Positions 46,392 to 56,178 of a DNA stretch of 64,000 nt are shown here, piece after piece. The notes below the pieces were generated by a model. That model worked only from the letters and a program-made list of their open reading frames with translations, searched no databases and was not told the DNA's origin. A program made the position numbers and the translations under genes. The stretch lies in assembly GCA_002388005.1 (NCBI GenBank), contig DGLO01000047.1, positions 45,390-109,389 on the forward strand. Direction: 5' to 3'. The DNA comes from Candidatus Neomicrothrix sp. UBA4542 (GTDB lineage Bacteria > Actinomycetota > Acidimicrobiia > Acidimicrobiales > Poriferisodalaceae). Every line of letters begins with the position of its first letter. The first letter of the stretch is position 1.

Positions 46392-47537
46392 ATGGGGCCG
46401 CTTCAAGGAATTCGAGTCATAGAACTTCAAGGTATTGGGCCTGGACCGTTCTGCGGAATGATGCTCAGCGACATGGGAGCCGAAGTCATCCGCATCGACC
46501 GCGCGGGGAACGTCTCAGGGGGAGACCCGGACAAGCCACCGATCGACGTCCTAGCTAGAGGTAGATCATCAATCGGAGTCGATCTCAAGAACCCTGATGG
46601 AGTCGAAGTGGTTCTTCGATTAGTAGAGACAGCAGATGCCCTCATTGAAGGTTTCCGACCAGGTGTCATGGAACGTCTCGGTCTAGGACCCGAAGAATGC
46701 CTGGCAAGAAATCCGAAACTCGTGTTCGGGCGTATGACCGGGTGGGGTCAAGAAGGTCCATATGCCATGGCAGCCGGACACGACATCAACTACATCGCAC
46801 TAGCTGGGGCCCTCGAACCCATCGGACGCAACGGAGAAGCTCCTCTACCTCCGCTGAACCTGGTGGGTGACTTTGGCGGTGGTGGCATGCTGTTGGCGTT
46901 CGGAGTGGCATGCGGAATTGTGGAAGCGCAGCGCTCCGGCCAGGGCCAAGTTGTAGACGCAGCCATGGTGGACGGTGCAGCGAGTCTCATGGCGATGTTT
47001 CATTCGATGCGTGCCTTGGGTGTTTGGAACGATGAGCGAGGAACCAATCTGCTCGACACGGGCAGCCATTTTTACGATGTTTACGAGTGTGCTGACGGAC
47101 GATACATATCGATCGGATCTATTGAGCCTCAGTTCTACGCCGAACTAATGCGACTTACCGAATTGGAAGGGGACGAAGATTTTGGTGCACAGATGGCTCG
47201 AAGCTCCTGGCCAGAGCTAAAAGAACGGATTTCCGGCGTTTTCAAAACCAGAACTAGAGACGAATGGTGCGAGATTATGGACGCCACTGACGTCTGCTTC
47301 GCTCCGGTGTTGACGCTTGCCGAAGCACCCGCGCATCCCCACAACCAACACCGCGAAGTATTCACAGAGGTCGCAGGTGTGACCCAACCGAACCCTTCGC
47401 CGCGATTCAGTCGGACTGAGCCGACGATCCAGAGCCCACCCGCCCATCCAGGACAGCACACCGACGAGGTACTTCACTCTGCCGGTTTCGACACGGACGA
47501 TATTGTCAAGCTTCGCGACGCGGGAGCGGTGGTCTGA
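46392..47537 (+). CDS. CaiB/BaiF family III CoA-transferase (alpha-methylacyl-CoA racemase-like)
   Basis: GPLQGIRVIELQGIGPGPFCGMMLSDMGAEVIRIDR and DINYIALAGAL closely follow the Mcr/AMACR pattern. Confidence 0.88.
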   Translation: MGPLQGIRVIELQGIGPGPFCGMMLSDMGAEVIRIDRAGNVSGGDPDKPPIDVLARGRSSIGVDLKNPDGVEVVLRLVETADALIEGFRPGVMERLGLGPEECLARNPKLVFGRMTGWGQEGPYAMAAGHDINYIALAGALEPIGRNGEAPLPPLNLVGDFGGGGMLLAFGVACGIVEAQRSGQGQVVDAAMVDGAASLMAMFHSMRALGVWNDERGTNLLDTGSHFYDVYECADGRYISIGSIEPQFYAELMRLTELEGDEDFGAQMARSSWPELKERISGVFKTRTRDEWCEIMDATDVCFAPVLTLAEAPAHPHNQHREVFTEVAGVTQPNPSPRFSRTEPTIQSPPAHPGQHTDEVLHSAGFDTDDIVKLRDAGAVV

Positions 47538-47578
47538 GCGTTGAGCGTGAGTCTGAAGCGACTTCAGCGCCGGTAGGC

Positions 47579-47896
47579 CTGCCGGCGAACCTCGTTCCGC
47601 TTTATGCGGAGGCCCAAGACATCGTCGAGCTATCACCGGCTTCGGCTTGCACAATACTGAGGATCGTCATTCGGGCTGTCATTCGCGATCGAGGTCTCCG
47701 TGGCCGACACATCGTCCGTGACGTAGCAACCTTGGTCGACCAAGGCGCACCTGTTGGACTCCTCAGAGCCCTCGACGTCGTAGCAATGAGTGATGAAGCA
47801 GCCAAAACGCCGGCGGAGTTAAGACTTACCGATGGACACAGCGACGCGCAGAACCTGACAATGTTCCTCCATCTACTTGCGGATCAGACAGCTTGA
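47579..47896 (+). pseudogene. DUF4145-like reading frame lacking any canonical start codon (probable 5'-truncated relic)
   Basis: The frame is open from 47420 to the TGA at 47894-47896. There is no ATG/GTG/TTG before the TTG at 47732. The translation LPANLVPLYAEAQDIVELSPASACTILRIVIRAVIRDRG...LLRALDVVAMSDEAAKTP...AQNLTMFLHLLADQ resembles the DUF4145 helical pattern. Confidence 0.3.
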
Positions 47897-48260
47897 TGGT
47901 CGAGTGCTGAGCACGCTTCACCTCATCGCGTGCTGGGTCCTAGTCATAGGAAACGGTTTAGCTGGCGCGTGGGCATTGGCCTCAGCACGGCTACCTCGGC
48001 TAAGAGGCCCGCAACTTTGGTGGTTCACAGCTTTCGTCGAAACCTGGGTTTTTGTGCAAGTAACTCTCGCTGCGGTGCATCTTGACGCCAGGAACGGCGG
48101 ACCACAGAATTTTCACGTCTTCTACGGTGTGCTGACAGCGACAACAGTCGGCGTTCTCTATGGCTACAGAAACCAACTCAAAGGTCAACGTCACCTGCTC
48201 TACGGTTGGGGCGGCCTGTTCATTATGGGCCTGGGGATTCGAGCTTTGGTTCTGCTGTGA
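47877..48260 (+). CDS. Hypothetical integral membrane protein (about 4 TM)
   Basis: Four hydrophobic segments. TTG at 47877 or GTG at 47904 as start. No family recognised. Confidence 0.5.
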   Translation: MRIRQLDGRVLSTLHLIACWVLVIGNGLAGAWALASARLPRLRGPQLWWFTAFVETWVFVQVTLAAVHLDARNGGPQNFHVFYGVLTATTVGVLYGYRNQLKGQRHLLYGWGGLFIMGLGIRALVLL

Positions 48261-48291
48261 CGACGCTGCGACCTAAAAGCCAACAAGCGAT

Positions 48292-50082
48292 CTAGGTGGC
48301 GAGTCTCTCGGTGAGACGCTCAAGTTGAAATCTCATCTCATCTGGGAGTCGGTCGCCTATTGACGCGTAATGCTCCTCAATCAACGTGAGCTCGTTACGC
48401 CATTCGTTTGTGTCGACTGACAACAGAGCGTTGAGAGCGTCTGTAGTCAGATCTAACCCAGTCACATCGAGGTCCTCAGTTTTCGGGACCATTCCGATAG
48501 GTGTTTCAACCGCCTCAGTGGTGCCAGCAACACGGCCCAGAACCCATTTCAGAACCCTCGAATTTTCGCCGAAGCCCGGCCAAATAAAGCGACCTTCGTC
48601 GTCTTTTCGGAACCAGTTAACGTAGAACAGTTTCGGAAGTTTCGCTCCATCGCTCTTTCCGATGTTGAGCCAGTGCTGAAAGTAATCACCGAAGTTGTAA
48701 CCGCAGAACGGAAGCATTGCGAAGGGATCTCGACGAACGTGACCAATCGCTCCCGCAGCAGCGGCGGTCTTTTCTGAGGACATCACCGATCCTAAGAAGA
48801 CACCATGCTCCCAATCGAGGGCTTCCGATACCAGCGGTACCGTCGTCGCTCGCCGACCGCCGAACAATATCGCGGAGATCGGAACGCCCGCGGGGTCCTC
48901 CCAGGCGGCAGCGATCGACGGGCATTGCGCCGCGGGCACTGTGAATCGGGCGTTCGGATGCGCAGCTGGCTGCTCAGCTTCTGGAGTCCACGTCTGCCCC
49001 TTCCAATCGATCAAACGAGCCGGCGCTTCTTCAGTAAGGCCCTCCCACCAGACATCTCCATCGTCTGTGTGAGCGACGTTGGTAAATACGCAGTTACCCG
49101 AAAGTGTCGCCAAAGCGTTGGGATTGGTTTTCTCACCGGTACCCGGAGCTACTCCGAAAAATCCGGCCTCGGGATTTATCGCGTACAGCTGGCCGTCCGC
49201 TCCAAATTTCATCCAGGCAATGTCGTCACCGATTGTCTCAACCTTCCAACCAGGCAGAGACGGAATCATCATCGCCATGTTGGTCTTACCGCACGCTGAA
49301 GGGAACGCCGCAGCAACGTATTTTGTTTCACCGTCGGGTGGGGTGACGCCCACAATCAACATATGTTCGGCGAGCCAGCCTTCATCTCGCGCCATTGTTG
49401 AAGCGATCCTGAGAGCGAAGCACTTTTTGCCCAATAAGGCATTGCCGCCGTAGCCCGATCCGTACGACCAGATTTCTCGAGTGACGGGAAAATGGACTAT
49501 GTACTTGTTCTCAGAATCACATGGCCAAGGAACATCATTCTCACCGGCCGCCAAAGGAGCTCCCAGTGAGTGAACGCAAGGCACCCAGTCGGCATCGCCC
49601 AAGGCATCTAATGCGCCTTGCCCCATGCGGGTCATGATTCGCATGGAAGCAGCTACATAGGGTGAATCCGTTAACTGAACACCGATATGAGCGATGGGCG
49701 ACCCCAGCGGTCCCATCGAAAAGGGCACCACAAACATGGTGCGTCCGACCATAGAACCGCGAAAGAGATCTAGCATCTCGGTTCGCATAGATTCTGGTTC
49801 GCGCCAATTGTTGTTGTTGCCGGCGTCGGCAGGATCGTCGGTGCAGATGAACGTCCTGTCCTCAACCCGAGCGACATCACCGGGGTCGGACCGCGCCAAG
49901 AAGCTGTTGGGCCTCTTCTCGTTGTTGAGAGCAATCAGCGTGCCCTGCGCCACCATCGACGTGGCTAAGTCGTCGTACTCCTTTTGGCTTCCATCACACC
50001 ATTGGATGGATTTGGGAGTTAGGACTGCCGCCCAGTCATCAACCCATTTGAGAAGGCTTTTGTTGGCGGTCGCACCAGGCAT
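48292..50082 (-). CDS. pckG: Phosphoenolpyruvate carboxykinase (GTP)
   Basis: The full-length pattern of GTP-PEPCK, including FPSACGKTN, the kinase-1a context, and [24 protein letters not shown]. Confidence 0.95.
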   Translation of the reverse strand: MPGATANKSLLKWVDDWAAVLTPKSIQWCDGSQKEYDDLATSMVAQGTLIALNNEKRPNSFLARSDPGDVARVEDRTFICTDDPADAGNNNNWREPESMRTEMLDLFRGSMVGRTMFVVPFSMGPLGSPIAHIGVQLTDSPYVAASMRIMTRMGQGALDALGDADWVPCVHSLGAPLAAGENDVPWPCDSENKYIVHFPVTREIWSYGSGYGGNALLGKKCFALRIASTMARDEGWLAEHMLIVGVTPPDGETKYVAAAFPSACGKTNMAMMIPSLPGWKVETIGDDIAWMKFGADGQLYAINPEAGFFGVAPGTGEKTNPNALATLSGNCVFTNVAHTDDGDVWWEGLTEEAPARLIDWKGQTWTPEAEQPAAHPNARFTVPAAQCPSIAAAWEDPAGVPISAILFGGRRATTVPLVSEALDWEHGVFLGSVMSSEKTAAAAGAIGHVRRDPFAMLPFCGYNFGDYFQHWLNIGKSDGAKLPKLFYVNWFRKDDEGRFIWPGFGENSRVLKWVLGRVAGTTEAVETPIGMVPKTEDLDVTGLDLTTDALNALLSVDTNEWRNELTLIEEHYASIGDRLPDEMRFQLERLTERLAT

Positions 50083-50135
50083 GTTGACCTCCGTTTGCGT
50101 TTAGACGTCAACCGGGGAATATCCCCAGTTCTCGG

Positions 50136-50471
50136 TCACGCGTCGCCCCCCGCGGCGGTGATCCAATCGGGCGTGCCAAGGTCAACTTCACTGCCCAGCC
50201 TTAGCTGAGTGGCTAATCCTTGTTCGTTGAGGTCAAAGATGATCCGCTGCCCCTGTCGCACCATTCGAAAGATTGAGCCCTCAAGAGCGTCCAAGGCAAG
50301 GTCGTACTCGGTGCGGTCCACATCCTCGACCACCACTCCCGTTTTGGACTGGGGGTCATATGCTTTTATGACGCCTTGCACTAGGGCCTCCGGTAGTACT
50401 TCTGAAGGTGGTGTTCGATCTATGACACAAGCTTCGTTGTCGAACAAATGGCACGTCGGCGAAGCGGGCAC
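50136..50471 (-). CDS. Hypothetical protein with a degenerate cold-shock-domain-like (OB-fold) core
   Basis: VQGVIKAYDPQSKTGVVVED...GQRIIFDL..QGLATQL parallels the CspB-like G.VKWYDP.KGFGF...GQRV.F pattern, but the RNP aromatic residues are replaced. Confidence 0.45.
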   Translation of the reverse strand: MPASPTCHLFDNEACVIDRTPPSEVLPEALVQGVIKAYDPQSKTGVVVEDVDRTEYDLALDALEGSIFRMVRQGQRIIFDLNEQGLATQLRLGSEVDLGTPDWITAAGGDA

Positions 50472-50518
50472 AACTTAGCAACTAAGCGATGCTTCTGGGG
50501 GGAGTGTCGCCATAAGCG

Positions 50519-52204
50519 ATGGTCACCTATTCATGCGGCGACTCACAGGTAGCATCGGCTTCTGTGGAAATAACCTCTGTTCTCTCCACCACTCAACTTG
50601 TGGAAGCTCTCTCAGCATTCCATACGGCTCTCGAAGCTCACCGCGAGTCGATTAACCGACTCAACGTGTATCCCGTCCCTGACGGCGATACAGGGACCAA
50701 TATGGCGCTAACCGTCGGCTCGGTCCTAGAAGAGCTTGAAGGAATTGACCCGAGCAACCGGACCGCGGTTTGCGCTGCGATTTCACACGGCTCGCTAATG
50801 GGAGCCCGCGGTAATTCGGGTGTGATTCTGTCGCAGATACTGCGTGGGTTGAGCGCGTGTCTTGCTGATTCGAGTGACATAGATGGGGCTCTACTTGCTA
50901 CAGCATTAACGGAGGCGAGTGTCGCAGCAGATGGCGCTGTGATGAAGCCAGTGGAAGGGACCATCCTTACAGTTGCTCGTGAATCAGCTAGAGGAGCGCG
51001 CGAGGTAGAAGAAGGAGCAACTCCTCTTCGAGTCGTTGAAGGAGCTCTGACGGAAGGGAAAGTTGCCCTTGAACGCACCCCAGAGCAGCTAGAAGTTTTG
51101 CGCGAGGCAGGAGTCGTGGACGCAGGGGGAGCGGGATTTCTCCTACTGCTTCATGCAGTTCTTCACGTGATAGACGGTCGTGAGCTTCCGGCCGCGCCCG
51201 AGCAGCCGGGCCCAGCAGTCGGCGTCTCGCTCGGAGCAGCCGGAAACGACGGTTCTGAGCTTCGCTACGAAGTCATGTTTCTGTTGTATGCACCCGACGA
51301 CACCATCGAGGATTTCAAGGCTGTGTGGGCTGGATTAGGCGACTCAATCGTTGTAGTTGGCGGAGATGGGCTCTGGAATTGTCATATCCATACTGATGAT
51401 ATTGGACCGGTCGTTGAGGCTGGGATAGAGGTAGGGCGACCTCAACAGATTCGGGTGACGGACTTGGCTGAAGAGGTCATGGAGGAGCGATGGGTCCGGG
51501 AAGCGACTGCCGAAGGAAAGGCCAATGATTTCCCGAGCCCAGAACCGGTGCCGTGCGCGGTTGTCGCGGTGTCCCCGGCTCCAGGCATCAGTCGAATTTT
51601 CCACAGTCTCGGTGTGCAGGAACTTGTCGTGGGGGGCCAGACCATGAATCCATCGACGGCGGAACTGTTAGAAGCGGTGGAACGGGTGCTTGCGGATCAA
51701 GTCATCGTTCTTCCCAATAATTCGAACATCGTCGCGGTAGCTCACAGTGTCGACGGGCAGACCACAAAGCACGTAGAAGTCGTCCCCACCACCTCTGTAC
51801 CGGAAGGCTTTGCGTCGCTGTTGGGGTACGACCCCCAAAGCGACGCCGTAACTAACGCTGAATCCATGGCCGAGATTGCCCAAGGAGTTGTTGTTGGGGA
51901 GGTAACTCGCGCTATTCGCGCAGCGACCAGCTCGGCGGGAGAGGTCTCGGCCGGCGATTGGGTTGGTCTGGATCGAAACGGTATCTGCTCTGTAGGGGAC
52001 ACCCCGGTAGCAGCGGCAACCAAATTGCTCAATGATCTAGTAGGCCAAGACCACGAGATATTGACGGTCATCGTCGGTGAAAATGTTAGCGATGGAGAGA
52101 CTCGCGTCGTTGCAGAATGGGTCACAGAAAACCGACCAAATATTGAGATAGAAATTCATCACGGCGGTCAAGGCCACTACCCGTATTTGTTTGGGGTGGA
52201 ATGA
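50519..52204 (+). CDS. DAK2 (DhaL)-domain protein, YloV-like
   Basis: LNVYPVPDGDTGTNM and GARGNSGVILSQ. It sits immediately upstream of recG, as in other actinobacteria and Firmicutes. An alternative GTG start lies at 50564. Confidence 0.88.
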   Translation: MVTYSCGDSQVASASVEITSVLSTTQLVEALSAFHTALEAHRESINRLNVYPVPDGDTGTNMALTVGSVLEELEGIDPSNRTAVCAAISHGSLMGARGNSGVILSQILRGLSACLADSSDIDGALLATALTEASVAADGAVMKPVEGTILTVARESARGAREVEEGATPLRVVEGALTEGKVALERTPEQLEVLREAGVVDAGGAGFLLLLHAVLHVIDGRELPAAPEQPGPAVGVSLGAAGNDGSELRYEVMFLLYAPDDTIEDFKAVWAGLGDSIVVVGGDGLWNCHIHTDDIGPVVEAGIEVGRPQQIRVTDLAEEVMEERWVREATAEGKANDFPSPEPVPCAVVAVSPAPGISRIFHSLGVQELVVGGQTMNPSTAELLEAVERVLADQVIVLPNNSNIVAVAHSVDGQTTKHVEVVPTTSVPEGFASLLGYDPQSDAVTNAESMAEIAQGVVVGEVTRAIRAATSSAGEVSAGDWVGLDRNGICSVGDTPVAAATKLLNDLVGQDHEILTVIVGENVSDGETRVVAEWVTENRPNIEIEIHHGGQGHYPYLFGVE

Positions 52205-54336
52205 CAGAACCGCTGTCTCTTCGGGAACTCGACGCTATAAGCGTCGGTCGGTTGCAAGGAGTTGGCCCCCAGCGGCAAGCGTCGCTTCGCGAGGTTCAAA
52301 TCGAAACGGTTTTTGACTTGTTGACGCATTACCCGCGTCGGTATGTCGATCGAAGTCGGGAGGCGAAACTCGGTGAAGTGACCCCCGGGCAAGAAGTCAT
52401 GGTGGTGGGAGACATCGAGAGCGTCGAGACACGGAGAACACGAAATCGAAAATCCATAGTTGAAGTGTCGTTATTCGATGACACGGGGCATCTGCAACTC
52501 GTTTTCTTTAATCAAGCGTGGCGCGCCAAACAACTCAAGGAAGGTCTCACAATCGCGTTGTTCGGGAAAGTTGACCTTTATCGAAAACAACTCCGGATGA
52601 CCAATCCCGTGGTTGATTTAGTTGGAGACCGCACCGGGAAAATTATCGCCATCTATCCTCAGTCGGAAAAAGCTGGGCTGACTACGTGGGACATAGGCCG
52701 TTGGTCCACCGAGGCGTTACGTCGATGTGAGCCTCGAGGCATAGAGGAGCCGCTTTCGCGCCAATTGCTTGAGGAGTTACAGTTGCCTGACCGAGCGACG
52801 GCATTCAAGGCGATCCACCAACCCAGTTCCACATCAGAGGTTTCACAGGCGAGAAATCGTCTTGTGCTTGATGAACTTCTGCGCATCCAACTGGTCCTGA
52901 GAATACGCAAAATCCGTCGTCTAGAAAGTGCCTCCGGGATCGCCCACAAAGGTGATAGCCCCCTGGTTACAAGTTTCTTAGATCGCTTGCCCTTCAAACT
53001 CACGACGGCCCAGCAGCGCACAATGGAAGAGGTCACTGTGGATCTGAAGACTGAACAACCTATGCATCGGCTGTTACAGGGCGATGTTGGCGCAGGTAAA
53101 ACACTTGTTGCGTTGCATGCACTGCTCACGGCAGTAGCTGATGGTCATCAAGGAGCATTGATGGCACCGACCGAGGTCTTAGCTGAGCAGCATTACTTGA
53201 GTTTGGCTGAACTGGCTGAAGGCCTAGAAATATCAGACGATTCAACGCTGACGGGCCGAAGACCCCTGTCAGTCAAGGTGTTGACCAATCGCATTATGGG
53301 AGCTGAGCGGCAACAAGTGATCAAGGGAATGCAGAACGGCTCTGTCGATCTGGTTATTGGAACGCACGCCCTTATACAAGAAGGAATCAGCTTTTCGTCG
53401 CTGAGCGTTGTGGTGGTTGATGAACAACATCGATTCGGGGTCGAGCAACGATCTGTCCTCAGAGAACGAGGTCGCTCTGACGGTAAATGGCCACACCTGC
53501 TAGTGATGACAGCAACTCCCATACCGCGCACTGCGGCGATGACGGTGTACGGCGATTTAGATGTATCGACGTTGGACGAGTTACCCCCCGGTCGAATGCC
53601 GATCAGTACGTTTTGGGTAAGGGACGATACTGAAGCCGTATGGCAGCACCTGCGGTCGGAAATATCGCAAGGCCGACAGGCCTATGTCGTCTGTCCTCTT
53701 ATTGAAGAAAGCGACAAACTTGATGCCAATTCGGCAGAGACCACCATGGACCTTTTATCTGAGGGCGAACTATCAGGACTCAGACTGGGACTTTTGCACG
53801 GTCGATTGCCTGCAATAGATAAGAAGGAGACCATGGATGCGTTTCGTGACGGACAGTTGGATGTCCTGGTTGCCACCACGGTGATTGAAGTAGGGGTGGA
53901 TGTTCCAAACGCAACGACCATGGTCATCCTGTCTGCCGACCGGTTTGGGATTGCCCAACTCCATCAACTTCGGGGAAGAGTGGGCCGCGACGCGCACCGG
54001 TCCACGTGCTTCTTAGTCGCTACCGAAGAGATTTCCGAAGACGCCGAAGCTCGACTTCAAGCCCTGGAGGAGTCGACCGACGGATTTGCTCTAGCGGAAC
54101 GAGATCTTGAACTTCGAGGAGAGGGCACGATTTTTGATCAGAAGCAGTCGGGCCGAAACGACCTGAAACTGGCCTCACTGGCGAGGGACCGCGTGTGGGT
54201 CGAACGTGCACGCGACCTCGCTGCAGGTCTCGTAAATGAAAATGGATCCTTAGAGCAACACGAAGCCCTGCAAGACGAAGTGAGATGGTTTGTAGAGCGG
54301 CGCGACGATGATGCAGAGAATCTCCTACGAGGTTGA
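52201..54336 (+). CDS. recG: ATP-dependent DNA helicase RecG
   Basis: Wedge/OB N-terminus. Helicase motifs LLQGDVGAGKT, VVDEQHRFGV, LVMTATPIPRT and LHQLRGRVGR. Confidence 0.95.
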   Translation: MTEPLSLRELDAISVGRLQGVGPQRQASLREVQIETVFDLLTHYPRRYVDRSREAKLGEVTPGQEVMVVGDIESVETRRTRNRKSIVEVSLFDDTGHLQLVFFNQAWRAKQLKEGLTIALFGKVDLYRKQLRMTNPVVDLVGDRTGKIIAIYPQSEKAGLTTWDIGRWSTEALRRCEPRGIEEPLSRQLLEELQLPDRATAFKAIHQPSSTSEVSQARNRLVLDELLRIQLVLRIRKIRRLESASGIAHKGDSPLVTSFLDRLPFKLTTAQQRTMEEVTVDLKTEQPMHRLLQGDVGAGKTLVALHALLTAVADGHQGALMAPTEVLAEQHYLSLAELAEGLEISDDSTLTGRRPLSVKVLTNRIMGAERQQVIKGMQNGSVDLVIGTHALIQEGISFSSLSVVVVDEQHRFGVEQRSVLRERGRSDGKWPHLLVMTATPIPRTAAMTVYGDLDVSTLDELPPGRMPISTFWVRDDTEAVWQHLRSEISQGRQAYVVCPLIEESDKLDANSAETTMDLLSEGELSGLRLGLLHGRLPAIDKKETMDAFRDGQLDVLVATTVIEVGVDVPNATTMVILSADRFGIAQLHQLRGRVGRDAHRSTCFLVATEEISEDAEARLQALEESTDGFALAERDLELRGEGTIFDQKQSGRNDLKLASLARDRVWVERARDLAAGLVNENGSLEQHEALQDEVRWFVERRDDDAENLLRG

Positions 54337-54353
54337 AAACGCGAAACCCCCGT

Positions 54354-54512
54354 TCACTCATCCTCGACAATGATGTCCCACCGATCAAGACAATCTCTGC
54401 ACCTGTATGCGACGACGTCGCCTGGCTGGAAACCTTCGTCGGGCTCTTCGTAACTGAGACGGCGGCACAGGCCCCCGCAATCAACGCAGATGATCGATTC
54501 GGGCACATCCAT
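54354..54512 (-). CDS. Unlisted small ORF: 52-aa acidic zinc-ribbon-like protein (CxxC...CxxC)
   Basis: Hand translation: MDVPESIICVDCGGLCRRLSYEEPDEGFQPGDVVAYRCRDCLDRWDIIVEDE. An upstream in-frame stop lies at 54528-54530. No SD, so possibly leaderless. Below the 60-aa cutoff of the ORF track. Confidence 0.4.
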   Translation of the reverse strand: MDVPESIICVDCGGLCRRLSYEEPDEGFQPGDVVAYRCRDCLDRWDIIVEDE

Positions 54513-54540
54513 AACAACAGTGTGCCGTTAGTGTCGTTGT

Positions 54541-55062
54541 ATGCGCATCGTTGGAGGCACATTGCGCGGACGTCGGATCAACGCTCCGCTGGATGAAACG
54601 ACTCGACCAACCTCAGACCGCGCGCGAGAAGCGATCTTCAACATGCTTTTTAGTCTCGGATTACCAGAGGGCGGCCGGGTAGCGGATCTGTTTTCCGGCT
54701 CGGGCGCGCTGGGCCTCGAGGCGCTATCGCGTGGCGCAACTGAAGTCTTCTTTGTCGACAACCACGCAAGTGCGTGTAAAGCCATCAAAACGAACCTTGG
54801 TTTGTTGGACCTTCACGCTCAGGTGATACGAGGTGACGCCGTGGAAACGCTTCGGTCGTTAGACGTGGACCTAGTGTTGGCGGACCCACCGTACGGTTTC
54901 GACGACTGGCAAATTCTTCTGGCAGGTGCAGGCAAAGCGGTTGTCGTGGCTGAAACCAACTCAAAGATCGGTCCCTTTGAGGGATGGGACGTGATCCGCA
55001 GCCGAAGCTATGGGCGGGCAGTAGTGACGATATTGAGCCCCGAAAAGGCAAATATGGGCTGA
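54541..55062 (+). CDS. rsmD: 16S rRNA (guanine966-N2)-methyltransferase RsmD
   Basis: MRIVGGTLRGRRI, DLFSGSGALGLEALSRGA, and DPPY. Confidence 0.92.
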   Translation: MRIVGGTLRGRRINAPLDETTRPTSDRAREAIFNMLFSLGLPEGGRVADLFSGSGALGLEALSRGATEVFFVDNHASACKAIKTNLGLLDLHAQVIRGDAVETLRSLDVDLVLADPPYGFDDWQILLAGAGKAVVVAETNSKIGPFEGWDVIRSRSYGRAVVTILSPEKANMG

Positions 55063-55153
55063 TTTCGAGGGATTTCACCAGTGGACAGTGGAGGATTTTG
55101 CCAAGGATCGGTACCGTTTCCTATAGCCGATTGCGCTAAGCGAGGAGACGCTC

Positions 55154-55633
55154 GTGGTCAAGGTTCTGTACCCGGGGTCATTCGACCCGGTCCACAATGG
55201 CCACATGGAGATCTGTACGACGGCAAGTCGCCTATTCGACCATGTCGTCGTCGCCGCTATGCGCAATCCCCAGAAGTCGGACCCGTTCTTCACAGATGAC
55301 GAACGATTCGAAATGCTCACGGAGGCGTGTACTCATTTAGAGAACGTCGAAGTCGTGGAGTTCGGAGAATTGGTAGTGGACCTAGCCGATCGGCTTGACG
55401 TTGATTTCATTATCAAAGGTCTTAGAGGAGCAGCCGATTTTGAGTCCGAATTACAGATGGCTCAAATGAATAAATCAGTGAGTGGCGTCGAGACGCTCTT
55501 CTTACCTTCTACCAGCGAAAGCGCCTTCATAGCGTCGAAGTACATCCGGGACATTACGAGATTCGGCACTGACTGTTCGCACCTGGTTCCGGAGGCGGTA
55601 GCGCTTCGGCTCCCGACAAAGATGCCCAAGTGA
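55154..55633 (+). CDS. coaD: Pantetheine-phosphate adenylyltransferase
   Basis: YPGSFDPVHNGH and ISSS-like region. GTG start with GAGGAG upstream. Confidence 0.93.
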   Translation: MVKVLYPGSFDPVHNGHMEICTTASRLFDHVVVAAMRNPQKSDPFFTDDERFEMLTEACTHLENVEVVEFGELVVDLADRLDVDFIIKGLRGAADFESELQMAQMNKSVSGVETLFLPSTSESAFIASKYIRDITRFGTDCSHLVPEAVALRLPTKMPK

Positions 55634-56178
55634 CTGAGGCCGCACCTTTAAGTGGTCCGGGCGTGGAAGAACTGGTACGCCGAGTGATGGACGTAATCAA
55701 TGCCGCTCGGCCTATGCCGTTATCCACGTCCGTCATGGTTAGTCGAGACGAAATTCTGGAACTCTTGGAAGCGGCGCTTGTGGAACTCCCCGACGAAGTG
55801 CGCGAAGCGCGTTGGCTTTTGAAAGAACGCGAAGATCTTCTTAGTAAAGCAAGAATTGACGCCGGCCTAGTAATTGAAGAGGCGCGAACTCGGGTCGCCC
55901 AAATGGTGCAACGAACAGAGGTGGTGCGTTCAGCGGAACGCAAGGCGCGTCAAATGGTAGAGGAGGCCGATTCGCAGGCTCGTAGGCGACGTCACGAAGT
56001 CGATGACTACTGCGAGCAACGCTTGGAGCAGTTCGCGTTGGCCTTGGAGAAAGTCCAGACAGCGGTAACAGACGCTAGAGGGCGGCTCCAGCCGACGCTA
56101 CCGGTGCGAGAGCCGGAGCTGTCTACCGAACCGGAAGAGTCTTCCGGCCCGGAGGTCTTCGACCAGGACGAAATTTGA
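55630..56178 (+). CDS. Conserved actinobacterial coiled-coil protein (often mis-annotated 'ATP synthase subunit B-like')
   Basis: ARPMPLSTSVMVSRDEILELLE...ARWLLKERE is followed by a long charged helix. GTGA overlap with coaD and TTGA overlap with yceD. Confidence 0.7.
   Translation: MTEAAPLSGPGVEELVRRVMDVINAARPMPLSTSVMVSRDEILELLEAALVELPDEVREARWLLKEREDLLSKARIDAGLVIEEARTRVAQMVQRTEVVRSAERKARQMVEEADSQARRRRHEVDDYCEQRLEQFALALEKVQTAVTDARGRLQPTLPVREPELSTEPEESSGPEVFDQDEI

Noticed and set aside
46392-47896. Programmed frameshift fusing the racemase-like gene to the downstream DUF4145-like frame
   Set aside because: The CoA-transferase/racemase homologue is full-length (381 aa) with a normal C-terminus. 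I saw no slippery heptamer or stimulatory structure at the overlap, so a truncated relic is the simpler reading.
54020-54562. 180-aa minus-strand ORF spanning the recG 3' end and the recG-rsmD gap
   Set aside because: Most of it is antisense to the well-supported recG C-terminus, and it is Arg/Ser/Leu-rich with no motifs. In the gap itself, the 52-aa zinc-ribbon frame is the more plausible minus-strand gene.
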